From assembly GCA_016866775.1 (NCBI GenBank), contig VGLJ01000006.1, positions 50,315 to 114,314 on the forward strand: a stretch of 64,000 nucleotides of DNA, read 5' to 3'. Position 1 is the stretch's first letter. Each line of letters opens with the position of its first letter. The DNA comes from Candidatus Rokuibacteriota bacterium. GTDB lineage: Bacteria > Methylomirabilota > Methylomirabilia > Rokubacteriales > CSP1-6. This document shows, piece after piece, positions 13,738 through 22,180 of the stretch. The position numbers and the translations under genes are program-made. A model generated the notes under the pieces. That model worked only from the letters and a program-made list of their open reading frames with translations, did not search any database and was not told where the DNA came from.

Positions 13738-14162
13738 TCGAGACCATCGCGGCCTCGAAGTGCCCGCGGTGCGAGGCCGTCGTGGCGCCCCCGGCGCCGT
13801 ATTGCCCGCGCCACCCGGTCGCCATGACGCCGGTCGCGCTGTCGGGGATCGGCGAGGTCGTCACCTACACCACGCTCCACGCGCCGCCCGAAGGCTTCCG
13901 CTCGCCGCTCCACATCGCGCTCGTCGAGCTCGAGGACGGCGCGCGCTTCGTCTGTCACGGCTCCGAGACGCGCGGCCTGAAGGTCGGCGCGACGGTCGCC
14001 ATCGAAGCCATCGACAACGTGTACTATTTCTCGCACCTCGGCACGCTCGACCGCGCCTTGATCTTCTGGCGCCGCGCGGGCCGGGCCGGCGACAAGGTGA
14101 ACGCGTTCGCGCGCAGCCTCGCCAAGCGCATGTGGAAAGGAAGAGTCCGTGCCGAAGACTAA
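13734..14162 (+). CDS. DUF35-type Zn-ribbon/OB-fold partner of the thiolase
   Basis: CPRC...PPAPYCPRH, GEVVTYTT and IALVELEDG, coupled to the thiolase gene. Confidence 0.85.
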   Translation: MIETIAASKCPRCEAVVAPPAPYCPRHPVAMTPVALSGIGEVVTYTTLHAPPEGFRSPLHIALVELEDGARFVCHGSETRGLKVGATVAIEAIDNVYYFSHLGTLDRALIFWRRAGRAGDKVNAFARSLAKRMWKGRVRAED

Positions 14163-15342
14163 GCCCCTCGCCGGCATCCGCGTGCTCGATCTCACCCGCG
14201 TGCTCGCGGGACCGTTCTGCTCGATGATCCTCGCCGACATGGGCGCCGAGGTCATCAAGATCGAGGAGCCGGGCAAGGGCGACGACACGCGGAGCTGGCC
14301 GCCGTTCGTCGGGGGCGAGGCCACCTACTTCATGTCGGTCAACCGCAACAAGAAGAGCGTCACGTTCAATCTGAAGTCGCCGTCCGCGCGCAAGCTCCTC
14401 GTCGCCCTCGTCAAGAAGAGCGACGTCGTCCTCGAGAACTTCCGGCCCGGCACGATGGAGAAGCTCGGACTCGGCTACGCGACGCTCTCGAAGGTGAACC
14501 CGAAGCTCATCTACTGCGCGGTGTCGGGCTTCGGCGAATCCGGGCCGGAGGGCGGCAAGGCGGGATACGACCTCATCATCCAGGGTGAGAGCGGCCTGAT
14601 GGACATCACGGGCTTCGCCGACGGACCGCCGCTCAAGATGGGGACGTCCATCGCGGACCTCGTTGCCGGCATGTCGGCCGCGCACGGCGTGACGCTGGCC
14701 TTGCTGGCGCGCGCGAAGACGAAGCGCGGACAGAAGGTGGAGCTCGGCATGCTGGACGCGATGGCCGCGCTGCTCACGTATCAGGCCGGTATCTACTGGG
14801 GCACGGGCCAGAAGCCGGGCCGCCGCGGCAACGCGCACCCGTCGATCGTGCCGTACGAAGTCTTCAAGGCGGCCGACGCGTACCTGACGCTCGGTGTCGC
14901 GAACAACTCGCTGTGGGAGCGGTCCTGCGCGGCGATGGAGCGGCCGGACCTCGTGAAGGACGAGCGCTTCGCGACCGAGGCCGCCCGCGTCGAGAACCGC
15001 GCCACGCTCGTGCCGCTGCTGAACGAGATCCTCGGCGAGCGCAGCGCGGACGAGTGGATGAAGCGCCTCGAAGCGCAGGGCGTGCCGGCGGGCCGCATCC
15101 GCACGGTGCCCGAGGTCTGCGAGAGTGAACATCTGAAGGCGCGCGGCATGATCCAGCGCCTCACGCATCCCAAGGCCGGCGCCATCACCGTGATGGGCGT
15201 GCCGATCAGGCTGCACGCGACGCCCGGCGAGGTGAAGACGGCGCCGCCCACACTCGGCCAGCACACGGACCAGGTGCTGCGCACGCTCCTCAAGCTGAAG
15301 CCGGCGGAGATCAAGGCGCTGCGCACCGAGGGCGCGCTCTAG
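14149..15342 (+). CDS. Family III CoA-transferase (CaiB/BaiF)
   Basis: LAGIRVLDLTRVLAGP, NRNKKS, ENFRPG and PTLGQHT. Confidence 0.93.
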   Translation: MPKTKPLAGIRVLDLTRVLAGPFCSMILADMGAEVIKIEEPGKGDDTRSWPPFVGGEATYFMSVNRNKKSVTFNLKSPSARKLLVALVKKSDVVLENFRPGTMEKLGLGYATLSKVNPKLIYCAVSGFGESGPEGGKAGYDLIIQGESGLMDITGFADGPPLKMGTSIADLVAGMSAAHGVTLALLARAKTKRGQKVELGMLDAMAALLTYQAGIYWGTGQKPGRRGNAHPSIVPYEVFKAADAYLTLGVANNSLWERSCAAMERPDLVKDERFATEAARVENRATLVPLLNEILGERSADEWMKRLEAQGVPAGRIRTVPEVCESEHLKARGMIQRLTHPKAGAITVMGVPIRLHATPGEVKTAPPTLGQHTDQVLRTLLKLKPAEIKALRTEGAL

Positions 15343-15352
15343 GACATCCTAC

Positions 15353-15379
15353 AGAGAGGTTCAACTAGAGAGGTTCAAC
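15353..15379 (+). repeat. Tandem 13-nt direct repeat AGAGAGGTTCAAC x2
   Basis: Exact copies at 15353-15365 and 15367-15379, just before the RBS of the selenoprotein gene. Confidence 0.85.
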
Positions 15380-15393
15380 GACGGGAGGACGAG

Positions 15394-15636
15394 ATGGCCG
15401 GACAGGTGACGGTCTACACGAACATCGGCTGAGGGCCCTGCCACCGCGCGGTAGAGTATCTATCGCAAAAAGGTGTGGCGTTCACCGAGAAGAACGTCGG
15501 GCGCGATCCGCAGGCGCGGCAGGAGCTGATGGAGCTCGGGCTGCTCTCGCTGCCGGTGCTGCTCATCGGCGACCAGAAGCTCACGGGCTTCAATCCCGCC
15601 AAGATCGACGAAGCGCTGGGGAGCCTCAATGGCTGA
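15394..15636 (+). CDS. Glutaredoxin/NrdH-like selenoprotein (UxxC, Sec13; 80 aa), absent from the ORF track
   Basis: GGGAGG RBS, then MAGQVTVYTNIG-TGA(15430-32)-GPCHRAVEYLSQKGVAFTEKNV...LSLPVLLIGDQKLTGFNP. The Grx fold runs through the UGA, which occupies the first Cys of CxxC. Confidence 0.9.
15448..15466 (+). promoter_or_regulatory. Bacterial SECIS-like hairpin 1
   Basis: GCGGUAGA-GUA-UCUAUCGC, with the loop about 23 nt after the UGA. It forces AT-rich codons (gta, tat, cta, caa, aaa) that are atypical for this genome. Confidence 0.75.
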
Positions 15637-16042
15637 AGGGGCACCGTTGCAGGCGAACATCGACAAGATGTGGAAGTACGCCGAGAAGTACGCGGAGAAG
15701 TCCGGCACGTCGCTCCATCCCGACCGCGGCGTCACGGAAGCGGTCGTGAACGGGCTCGCGCGCCACATCGAGCTGGTCGGCCGCCCGCTCTGTCCCTGCA
15801 ACTTCTACCCGGACCCCGCGGCGGAGGCGAAGAACCGCCGCTGGATCTGCGCCTGTGACGAGATGCAGAAGTGGAAGTACTGCCACTGCCTCCTGTTCGT
15901 GACGCCGGAAGGAGTTCCGATCACCGAGTACCTGCCCGAGGACCACGAGGGCCGGCAAGCCTACGGGGTCGTGAAGGACCCCCATCCCGACAAGGGCCGC
16001 GCCGTCGGCAAGATCCTCGAGAAGCGCGAGACGGAAGGCTGA
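15629..16042 (+). CDS. Ferredoxin:thioredoxin reductase catalytic subunit
   Basis: GRPLCPC, WICAC and CHCLLF match the CPC/CxC/CHC signature. Confidence 0.93.
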   Translation: MAEGAPLQANIDKMWKYAEKYAEKSGTSLHPDRGVTEAVVNGLARHIELVGRPLCPCNFYPDPAAEAKNRRWICACDEMQKWKYCHCLLFVTPEGVPITEYLPEDHEGRQAYGVVKDPHPDKGRAVGKILEKRETEG

Positions 16043-17088
16043 GCGCCGCGGGCGACGAGGGGCGCGCGCACGCGCCCGATCCTGCAGCCCTGATCGAGAC
16101 GTACTTCGAGCGCGGCTGGACCGACGGCCTGCCCGTCGTTCCGCCGACCGAGACGTCCATCGCCGCCATGCTCGCCGGGGGCGGCCTGCGCGGCGACGAA
16201 GTCTTCGGCGAGATTCCCGGGCGCAACACCGTGGTGGTCGCCGACAAGGTGGCGATCAACGCCGTGCTCGCCGGCTGCCGGCCCGACTACTTTCCCGTCG
16301 TCGTCGCCGCGGTGAAAGCGCTCTGTCATCCCGACTTCGCGTATCACGGCCCCGCGTCCAGCACCGGCGGCTCCGCCATCGTCCTCGTCGTCAACGGTCC
16401 GATCCGCCACCGCGTCGGTCTCAACGCCGGCAACAACCTCTTCGGCCAGGGCACGCGCGCGAACGCCACCATCGGCCGTGCCGTGCGGCTGACGATGATG
16501 AACGTGATGCAGACGCGGCCCGGCTTCTTCGATCGCGCGACGCTCGGCAATCCCGGCAAGTACTCGTTCTGCTTCGCGGAGAACGAGGAGGAGTCGCCGT
16601 GGCCGCCCCTCCACGTCGAGCGTGGCTGTCGTCCCGAAGAGAGCGCGGTCACGGTCTACGCGTCGAACAGCCTCTACCAGGTCTACAACCAGCTCGCCGC
16701 GACGCCGGAGCCGCTGCTCCGGTGCTTCGCCGACGCGCTGTCGAACCTCGGGCTGCCGAACGTGAAGGGCTTCAACCAGGCCCTGCTCGTCTTCGCGGGC
16801 GAGCACAGCGAGGTGCTCGCGAAGAGCGGCTGGTCGCGGCGCGAGGTCGCCGCGTTCCTCATCGAGCACGCGCGCCGGCCGCTCGCCGACTTCAAGCGCG
16901 CCACGCGCCTGCCGGGCGAGCCGACCGCCTCCGACGAGACGACGGTGCGCGCGCTCTTCGAGCGCCCCGAGGATGTCCTGATCGTGTCGGCGGGAGGCCG
17001 CGCCGGGAGCTGGTCCGCGTGTCTTCCCGGCTGGGGCAACAAGTGGACGAAGGCCGTGACCGCGGTCATCGAGGAGGGCAGCGCATGA
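16039..17088 (+). CDS. Conserved hypothetical protein, partner of UGSC-family proteins (start uncertain, possibly CTG)
   Basis: GWTDGLPVVPPT, KVAINAVLAGC, RANATIGRA and LGNPGKYSFCFAENEE motifs. The stop overlaps the next ATG. Confidence 0.8.
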   Translation: MSAAGDEGRAHAPDPAALIETYFERGWTDGLPVVPPTETSIAAMLAGGGLRGDEVFGEIPGRNTVVVADKVAINAVLAGCRPDYFPVVVAAVKALCHPDFAYHGPASSTGGSAIVLVVNGPIRHRVGLNAGNNLFGQGTRANATIGRAVRLTMMNVMQTRPGFFDRATLGNPGKYSFCFAENEEESPWPPLHVERGCRPEESAVTVYASNSLYQVYNQLAATPEPLLRCFADALSNLGLPNVKGFNQALLVFAGEHSEVLAKSGWSRREVAAFLIEHARRPLADFKRATRLPGEPTASDETTVRALFERPEDVLIVSAGGRAGSWSACLPGWGNKWTKAVTAVIEEGSA

Positions 17089-17606
17089 CCAAGATCTTCG
17101 ACCCCACCGCCGCGCCCGTCGCGCGCGCCGTCGCGCTCGCCGCGCGCCCGGTCGAGCTCCGCGGCCTGCGCCTCGGCCTCGTCGAGAACACCAAGTTCAA
17201 CTCGGACACGCTGCTGCTGAAGCTCGCCGACCGACTCCGCGAGCGGCACGGCATCACGATGACGCACATGGCGCGCAAGCGCTCGCCGAGCCACGAAGTG
17301 GACGAGCGCGCGATCGCCGCGCTCAAGGAGCGGAGCGACGTCGTCGTCTCGGGCATCGGCGACTGAGGGTCCTGCTCGTCGAGCAGTGTGCTCGACGCGA
17401 TCCTGCTGGAGCAGCACGGCGTGCCCGCCGTGGCGATCGTGACCGACGTCTTTCGCGCGACCGGCGAGACGATGGCGATGAGCTGGGGCCTGGCGGGCTA
17501 CCCGTTCCTCGACACGCCGCATCCCATCGCCAACCTCCGCGACAAGGATCTCGACGCGCGCGCCGACCGGCTCGTCGAGCCGGTCGTGGCGTTGCTGACG
17601 CGTTAG
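17085..17606 (+). CDS. UGSC-family selenoprotein (Sec94; 173 aa), split in the ORF track
   Basis: ...VVSGIGD-TGA(17364-66)-GSCSSSSVLDAILLEQHGVPAV... continues in frame to TAG 17606, giving the motif D-U-G-S-C. Confidence 0.9.
17377..17397 (+). promoter_or_regulatory. Bacterial SECIS-like hairpin 2
   Basis: Perfect 9-bp stem CGUCGAGCA-GUG-UGCUCGACG, with the loop about 20 nt after the UGA. Confidence 0.78.
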
Positions 17607-17627
17607 CGGCCGCGCGCGCCGACGATC

Positions 17628-17698
17628 AAGAGGACCACGCCCGCTGCCACGGCGACACCGCCGAGCCACGGTGGCAACGGGATGGCGTCCTCTTTTTT
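17628..17698 (+). terminator. Extended hairpin + T-run ending the selenoprotein operon
   Basis: AAGAGGAC...GTCCTCTT outer stem with an inner TGCCAC/GTGGCA stem, followed by a T-run. Confidence 0.6.
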
Positions 17699-17733
17699 CG
17701 TTTCCACCTTTCATGAACTTCAGAGTACAGGGC

Positions 17734-17765
17734 GTGGCCAGGATCTTGTGTGGCCAGGATCTTGT
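17734..17765 (+). repeat. Tandem 16-nt repeat GTGGCCAGGATCTTGT x2
   Basis: Exact adjacent copies at 17734-17749 and 17750-17765. Confidence 0.85.
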
Positions 17766-17878
17766 ATAGAAGGCAGCGAAGGCCCCGCGGTGCAGCCCGA
17801 ATGCGGGCCTCGATACCACGACAGGGAAAAAACTCTGCCTGGCCTGGGTCCGACGCTCCACACGGTGGTGCGCCCGTA

Positions 17879-18133
17879 GTGTCGCCGGCGCGACTCCTCT
17901 TCATCGTCGCGGCGGGACGCGACGACCTTGCCGATCTCTTGCGACGGCAATTCGCCGACGTCCCCGACTCCGTCGAGGTCGTCGCCGACCGCCGCATGGG
18001 CGACCGCCGCCGACACGATCTGCCCGTCAGCAGCGATCGGCGCCTGGGTTCGCGACGGCGGCTCGATGTCGAGGCCGATCTCTCCTCGATCGGCTGGGCG
18101 CTCGTCCGCCGACCGCACCTTGGGGTTTGTTGA
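17879..18133 (+). CDS. Small hypothetical protein with repeated DRRxxxRR motifs
   Basis: [12 protein letters not shown]...[13 protein letters not shown]...DRRLGSRR. The start is uncertain. Confidence 0.65.
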   Translation: MSPARLLFIVAAGRDDLADLLRRQFADVPDSVEVVADRRMGDRRRHDLPVSSDRRLGSRRRLDVEADLSSIGWALVRRPHLGVC

Positions 18134-18165
18134 CACTCGGCCGGGCGGCCGGGCACGATCGGCGG

Positions 18166-19746
18166 ATGCGACGGCTGATCCGGATCGACGACACCACGCT
18201 GCGCGACGGCACGCAGGGCGAGGGCGTGTCGTTCTCCAGCGAGGACAAGGTACGGCTCGCGAGCCGGATGGATGCGCTCGGCATCCACTACATCGAAGGC
18301 GGGTGGCCGGGCGCGAATCCGAACGACCTCCGCTTCTTCCGTCGCATGCAGGACGTGACGCTGAAGCACGCCAAGCTCGCGGCGTTCTCGATGACGCGCC
18401 GGGCGGGCGGCCGCGCCGAGGGCGACCAGAACATGCAGGCGCTCATCGACGCGGGCGGGCCCGTGGCGACGATCGTCGGCAAGTCGTGGGACTTCCACGT
18501 GACGGACGCGCTGGGCACGACGCTGCCCGAGAACCTCGCGATGATCGGCGACACCATCGCGTACCTGCGGCCGCGCATGGACGAGGTCCTCTTCGACGCC
18601 GAGCATTTCTTCGACGGGTTCCGCGCGAATCGCGACTACGCGCTCGCCACGCTGAAAGCGGCGGCCGACGCCGGCGCGCACTGGCTCGTCCTCTGCGACA
18701 CGAACGGCGGCACGCTGCCCGCGGACCTCGTCGAGATCATCCGCGCGGTGAAGCGCCACGTGAGCGCGCGGCTCGGCATCCACGTCCACAACGACGCGGA
18801 GTGCGCGGTGGCGAATTCGCTCGCGGCCGTCGCCGAGGGCTGCGAGCAGGTGCAGGGCACGCTCAACGGCTTCGGCGAGCGCTGCGGCAACGCGAACCTC
18901 GTCTCCGTCATCCCCGCGCTCGTGCTGAAGATGAAGCTCGAGTGCATCCCGGAGGCGAACCTGCGCGAGCTGCGCGACGTCTCGCGCTTCGTCTCCGAGC
19001 TCGCGAACCGGAAGCCATGGAGCTCGCAGCCGTACGTCGGCGACTCCGCGTTCGCGCACAAGGGCGGCATGCACGTGTCCGCGGCGCAGAAGCACCCCGA
19101 GACGTACGAGCACATCGATCCCGAGGCCGTCGGCAACCATCGCCGCGTGCTCGTCTCCGAGCTGTCCGGCACGTCGAACATCCTCTGGAAGGCGAAGGAG
19201 TTCGGCATCGACCTCGACCACGAGACGCCGGACTCGCGGCGCATCCTCGATCGGCTGAAGGAGCTCGAGGACCAGGGCTTCCTGTTCGAGGGCGCCGAGG
19301 CGTCGTTCGAGCTCCTGATGGAGCGCGCGCTCGGCCGCCACAAGGCGTGGTTCCAGCTCGAGGCGTATCGCGTGATCGTCGAGGAGCAGACCGGCGACGA
19401 CGCCGCGCCGGTCGCGGAAGCGACGGTGCGCGTGCGCGTGAAGGGGATGCTCGAGCACACCGCCGCGTCGGGCAACGGCCCCGTGAACGCGCTCGACCAC
19501 GCGCTCCGCAAGGCGCTCGAGGAGTTCTATCCGAGCCTCAAGACCATGAAGCTCCTCGACTACAAGGTGCGGATCCTCGACGAGACCGCGGGCACCGCGG
19601 CGAAGACGCGCGTGCTGATCACGTCGGGCGACGGCGAGGAGACGTGGGGCACCGTCGGCGTCGCCGAGAACATCATCGAGGCGTCCTGGCAGGCCCTGGT
19701 CGACTCCATCGAGTACAAGCTCCGACGCGACGAGCGCCAGCGGTAG
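18166..19746 (+). CDS. cimA: Citramalate synthase (LeuA/CimA family)
   Basis: [41 protein letters not shown] and a C-terminal regulatory domain. Confidence 0.9.
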   Translation: MRRLIRIDDTTLRDGTQGEGVSFSSEDKVRLASRMDALGIHYIEGGWPGANPNDLRFFRRMQDVTLKHAKLAAFSMTRRAGGRAEGDQNMQALIDAGGPVATIVGKSWDFHVTDALGTTLPENLAMIGDTIAYLRPRMDEVLFDAEHFFDGFRANRDYALATLKAAADAGAHWLVLCDTNGGTLPADLVEIIRAVKRHVSARLGIHVHNDAECAVANSLAAVAEGCEQVQGTLNGFGERCGNANLVSVIPALVLKMKLECIPEANLRELRDVSRFVSELANRKPWSSQPYVGDSAFAHKGGMHVSAAQKHPETYEHIDPEAVGNHRRVLVSELSGTSNILWKAKEFGIDLDHETPDSRRILDRLKELEDQGFLFEGAEASFELLMERALGRHKAWFQLEAYRVIVEEQTGDDAAPVAEATVRVRVKGMLEHTAASGNGPVNALDHALRKALEEFYPSLKTMKLLDYKVRILDETAGTAAKTRVLITSGDGEETWGTVGVAENIIEASWQALVDSIEYKLRRDERQR

Positions 19747-21053
19747 TGCGCCGCGGCGGCATCCTGATCGTCGCGACGCTCGTCGCGCTGGTCGCGCCCG
19801 CCCTGGCCCAACCCCCGACCGCCGAGAGGCCGACGTATCAGGCCGGAGACCGCTGGACCATCGGCGGTCTCGCGTACGAGCTCACGGGGGTCGATCGGCA
19901 CGGCTACGTGTTCACTGCGGCCGACGGCGACGCGCTCCACCTCAGCCGGGACCTCACGGTCACGAAAGTCGTTCAGCAGAGGGCGAGTCGATCGTCATCC
20001 TCGGGCTCGTCACGGACGATACGACCGTCGATCGCGTGCAGATCACCGTGAACGGCTTCGAGGTCGCGCGGCCCCGCGATCTGGCGGTCGTCGGCCGCGG
20101 CGTGCCCATCCGCGTGCCGGCGCCGCTGCAGCCGGGCGCCAACGTCATCGAGATCACGGCGTCCGACAAGGCGGGGAACCTCGCGCAGGTCGTGCGCACG
20201 GTGACGCGCGCGGTGCCCGTCGCGGCCACGCCCGCCGCGCCGCCCGAGCCGAAGATCTCGAATCGGTGGGCCGTCGTCGTGGGCGTGGGCGAGTACGAGA
20301 ACCGGGCGATTCCGCGCCTCCGCTTCGCCGCGAAAGACGCGGAGGCGATGCACCAGTTCCTCACGACGCGCGGGGGGGTATCCCAAGGACAACGTGCTGC
20401 TGCTGACGGATACGACCGCGCAGAAGCCGACGCTGCTCAACATCAAGCGCGCGCTCGGCGACTTCCTCGCCCGGCGTGCCGGCCGCGACGACATGGTGCT
20501 GATCTACTTCGCGGGCCACGGCGCGCCGGAGGTCGACGCGGCGGGCAACGAGGCCGACGGCCTGTCGAAGTACCTCATCCCGCGCGACGGCGATCCCGAG
20601 TCGCTCTACACCACCGCGCTGCCGATGGACGAGATCCAGCGGATCTTCGCGCGGGTGTCCGCGGAGCGGATCGTCATGCTGCTCGACACCTGCTACAGCG
20701 GCACCGCGGGCGGCCGCACGTTCTCGCGGGCGTCCACGCGCGCGAGCGGGCTGAACGACCAGTTTCTTGAGCGCCTCACGCGGAGCCGCGGGCGCGTGAT
20801 CATGACGGCGAGCGGCCCCAACGAGGTCGCGCTCGAGCTGCCGAACCTCGGCCACGGCATCTTCACCTACTACGTCCTCGAAGGGCTGAAGGGCAAAGCG
20901 GACCGCAACAACGACGGCATGGTCACGGTGTCCGAGCTCTACGAGTACGTCGAGGACCAGGTCGATCGCACCGCGCGCCGCGAGGGCGGCCGCCAGCGTC
21001 CGCTCATGAAGGGCGAGATCGAGGGGACGCTCCCGCTCGCGAAGACCCGCTAG
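19746..21053 (+). CDS. Secreted caspase-like (peptidase C14) protein with an Ig-like domain; broken by two frameshifts (~19980, ~20375)
   Basis: Signal peptide, then LQPGANVIEITASDKAGN (Ig-like), RWAVVVGVGEY, YFAGHG and LDTCYSG (His/Cys dyad). The second break lies in a G8 run. Confidence 0.75.
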
Positions 21054-21250
21054 AACAGTCGGAGGGGGGCGAAGCGGCTTCGCCACCTTTGCCCAACAGG
21101 AACGAAGCGAAGCGGTGTAAGCCACGACGCGGACTCAGTGTCGGCGACCGAGGGTGCCTGACCGCTTCACGTCTTGCGACTCCTCCGTCTCCACTTCCGT
21201 CGCAAACGTATGTTGTTGCCCCCAGAAGTGGGACGAGTTCCTTCTCCGAG

Positions 21251-21712
21251 TCAGATTCCCTTGTCGGAGCGCCAGGCGCGGATCTGGTCGCCGTGCTCCT
21301 TATAGTGGTGGGCGCTGTTGCCGTCGACGATCTTCCACGCGGTCTTGCCCTCGACGAAGCGGTCGTCGGGGACGCTCGCGGCCGCGTGCATGAACGTCTC
21401 GTGCGTCTTGTCGAGGTCGAGCAGCACGTCGGCGGCCGCGTCGTGGCGGCGCGCGGTCGCGAACGTGTCGTTCCACGCGTCCACGTCGTCGTAGCTCACG
21501 CCCGGCGGCACCGGGCGCTCGCCGCGCGCGAGCCGCTCGAGGGCCGGCGTCATCTCGCGGTGCCAGCCGCTGATGTGCGCCACGATGTCGCGCACCGACC
21601 ACGTGCCGAGCCAGACCTCCGTCATGTGCTCCTCGTTCAGGCCCTGGAGGGCTTCGTGGAACGCCTTGTACTCGCGCGCGGCTGCGTTCAGCAGGTCCTG
21701 CTTCGTGCTCAC
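21251..21712 (-). CDS. DinB-superfamily four-helix protein
   Basis: WSVRDIVAHISGW...HHYKEH with an AAGGAG RBS. Confidence 0.85.
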   Translation of the reverse strand: MSTKQDLLNAAAREYKAFHEALQGLNEEHMTEVWLGTWSVRDIVAHISGWHREMTPALERLARGERPVPPGVSYDDVDAWNDTFATARRHDAAADVLLDLDKTHETFMHAAASVPDDRFVEGKTAWKIVDGNSAHHYKEHGDQIRAWRSDKGI

Positions 21713-22149
21713 GGCGCTCTCCTTCGCTGCGGCCGAAGTCGTTTGTAGAACACGAGCTCGCGGTAGCCCTGGGGCAGGTTGTCGATCTGCCCCGACGGCA
21801 CGAACCCGAGCGCGCTGTGCATCTGGATCGAGATCCCGTTCGTCTCTTCCGTGGACGAGAACAGCCGCGGGCTCGGCGAGATCTCCTCCACGCGCTGGTA
21901 GAGCGCCCGCGCGACGCCCTTGCGGCGCTCGTCCTTCGTCACCGAGACGAGCGACACGAACGTGCATTGAAACCAGTCCGTCCGATAGGCGAGGAGCCCC
22001 ACGACCGCGTCGTCCTTCTCCGCGACGAGCACGTGGTGGCGCTCGAGGTGCGAGCGGATGAACGGTCCCGCGCGCTCGGGCCCGATCACGTCGGCGGCGA
22101 GCTCCATCAACGCGCTGACGTCGCCGGACTCCGGCGCGCGGATGTCCAT
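21709..22149 (-). CDS. GNAT N-acetyltransferase
   Basis: RRKGVARAL acetyl-CoA motif and N..S...H..LGF. Confidence 0.88.
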   Translation of the reverse strand: MDIRAPESGDVSALMELAADVIGPERAGPFIRSHLERHHVLVAEKDDAVVGLLAYRTDWFQCTFVSLVSVTKDERRKGVARALYQRVEEISPSPRLFSSTEETNGISIQMHSALGFVPSGQIDNLPQGYRELVFYKRLRPQRRRAP

Positions 22150-22180
22150 GGGGTCCAGTCTACCGCCGGGCCACAGCCCG

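Noticed and set aside
15430-15432. Genome-wide UGA recoding (Trp/Gly) as the explanation for the in-frame TGAs
   Set aside because: TGA is the normal stop of many genes here (e.g. plsX, fabH, ligA), and read-through is implied only at the UxxC sites with hairpins.
15353-17765. Short tandem repeats as CRISPR remnants
   Set aside because: Each has only two adjacent copies, with no spacers and no cas genes.
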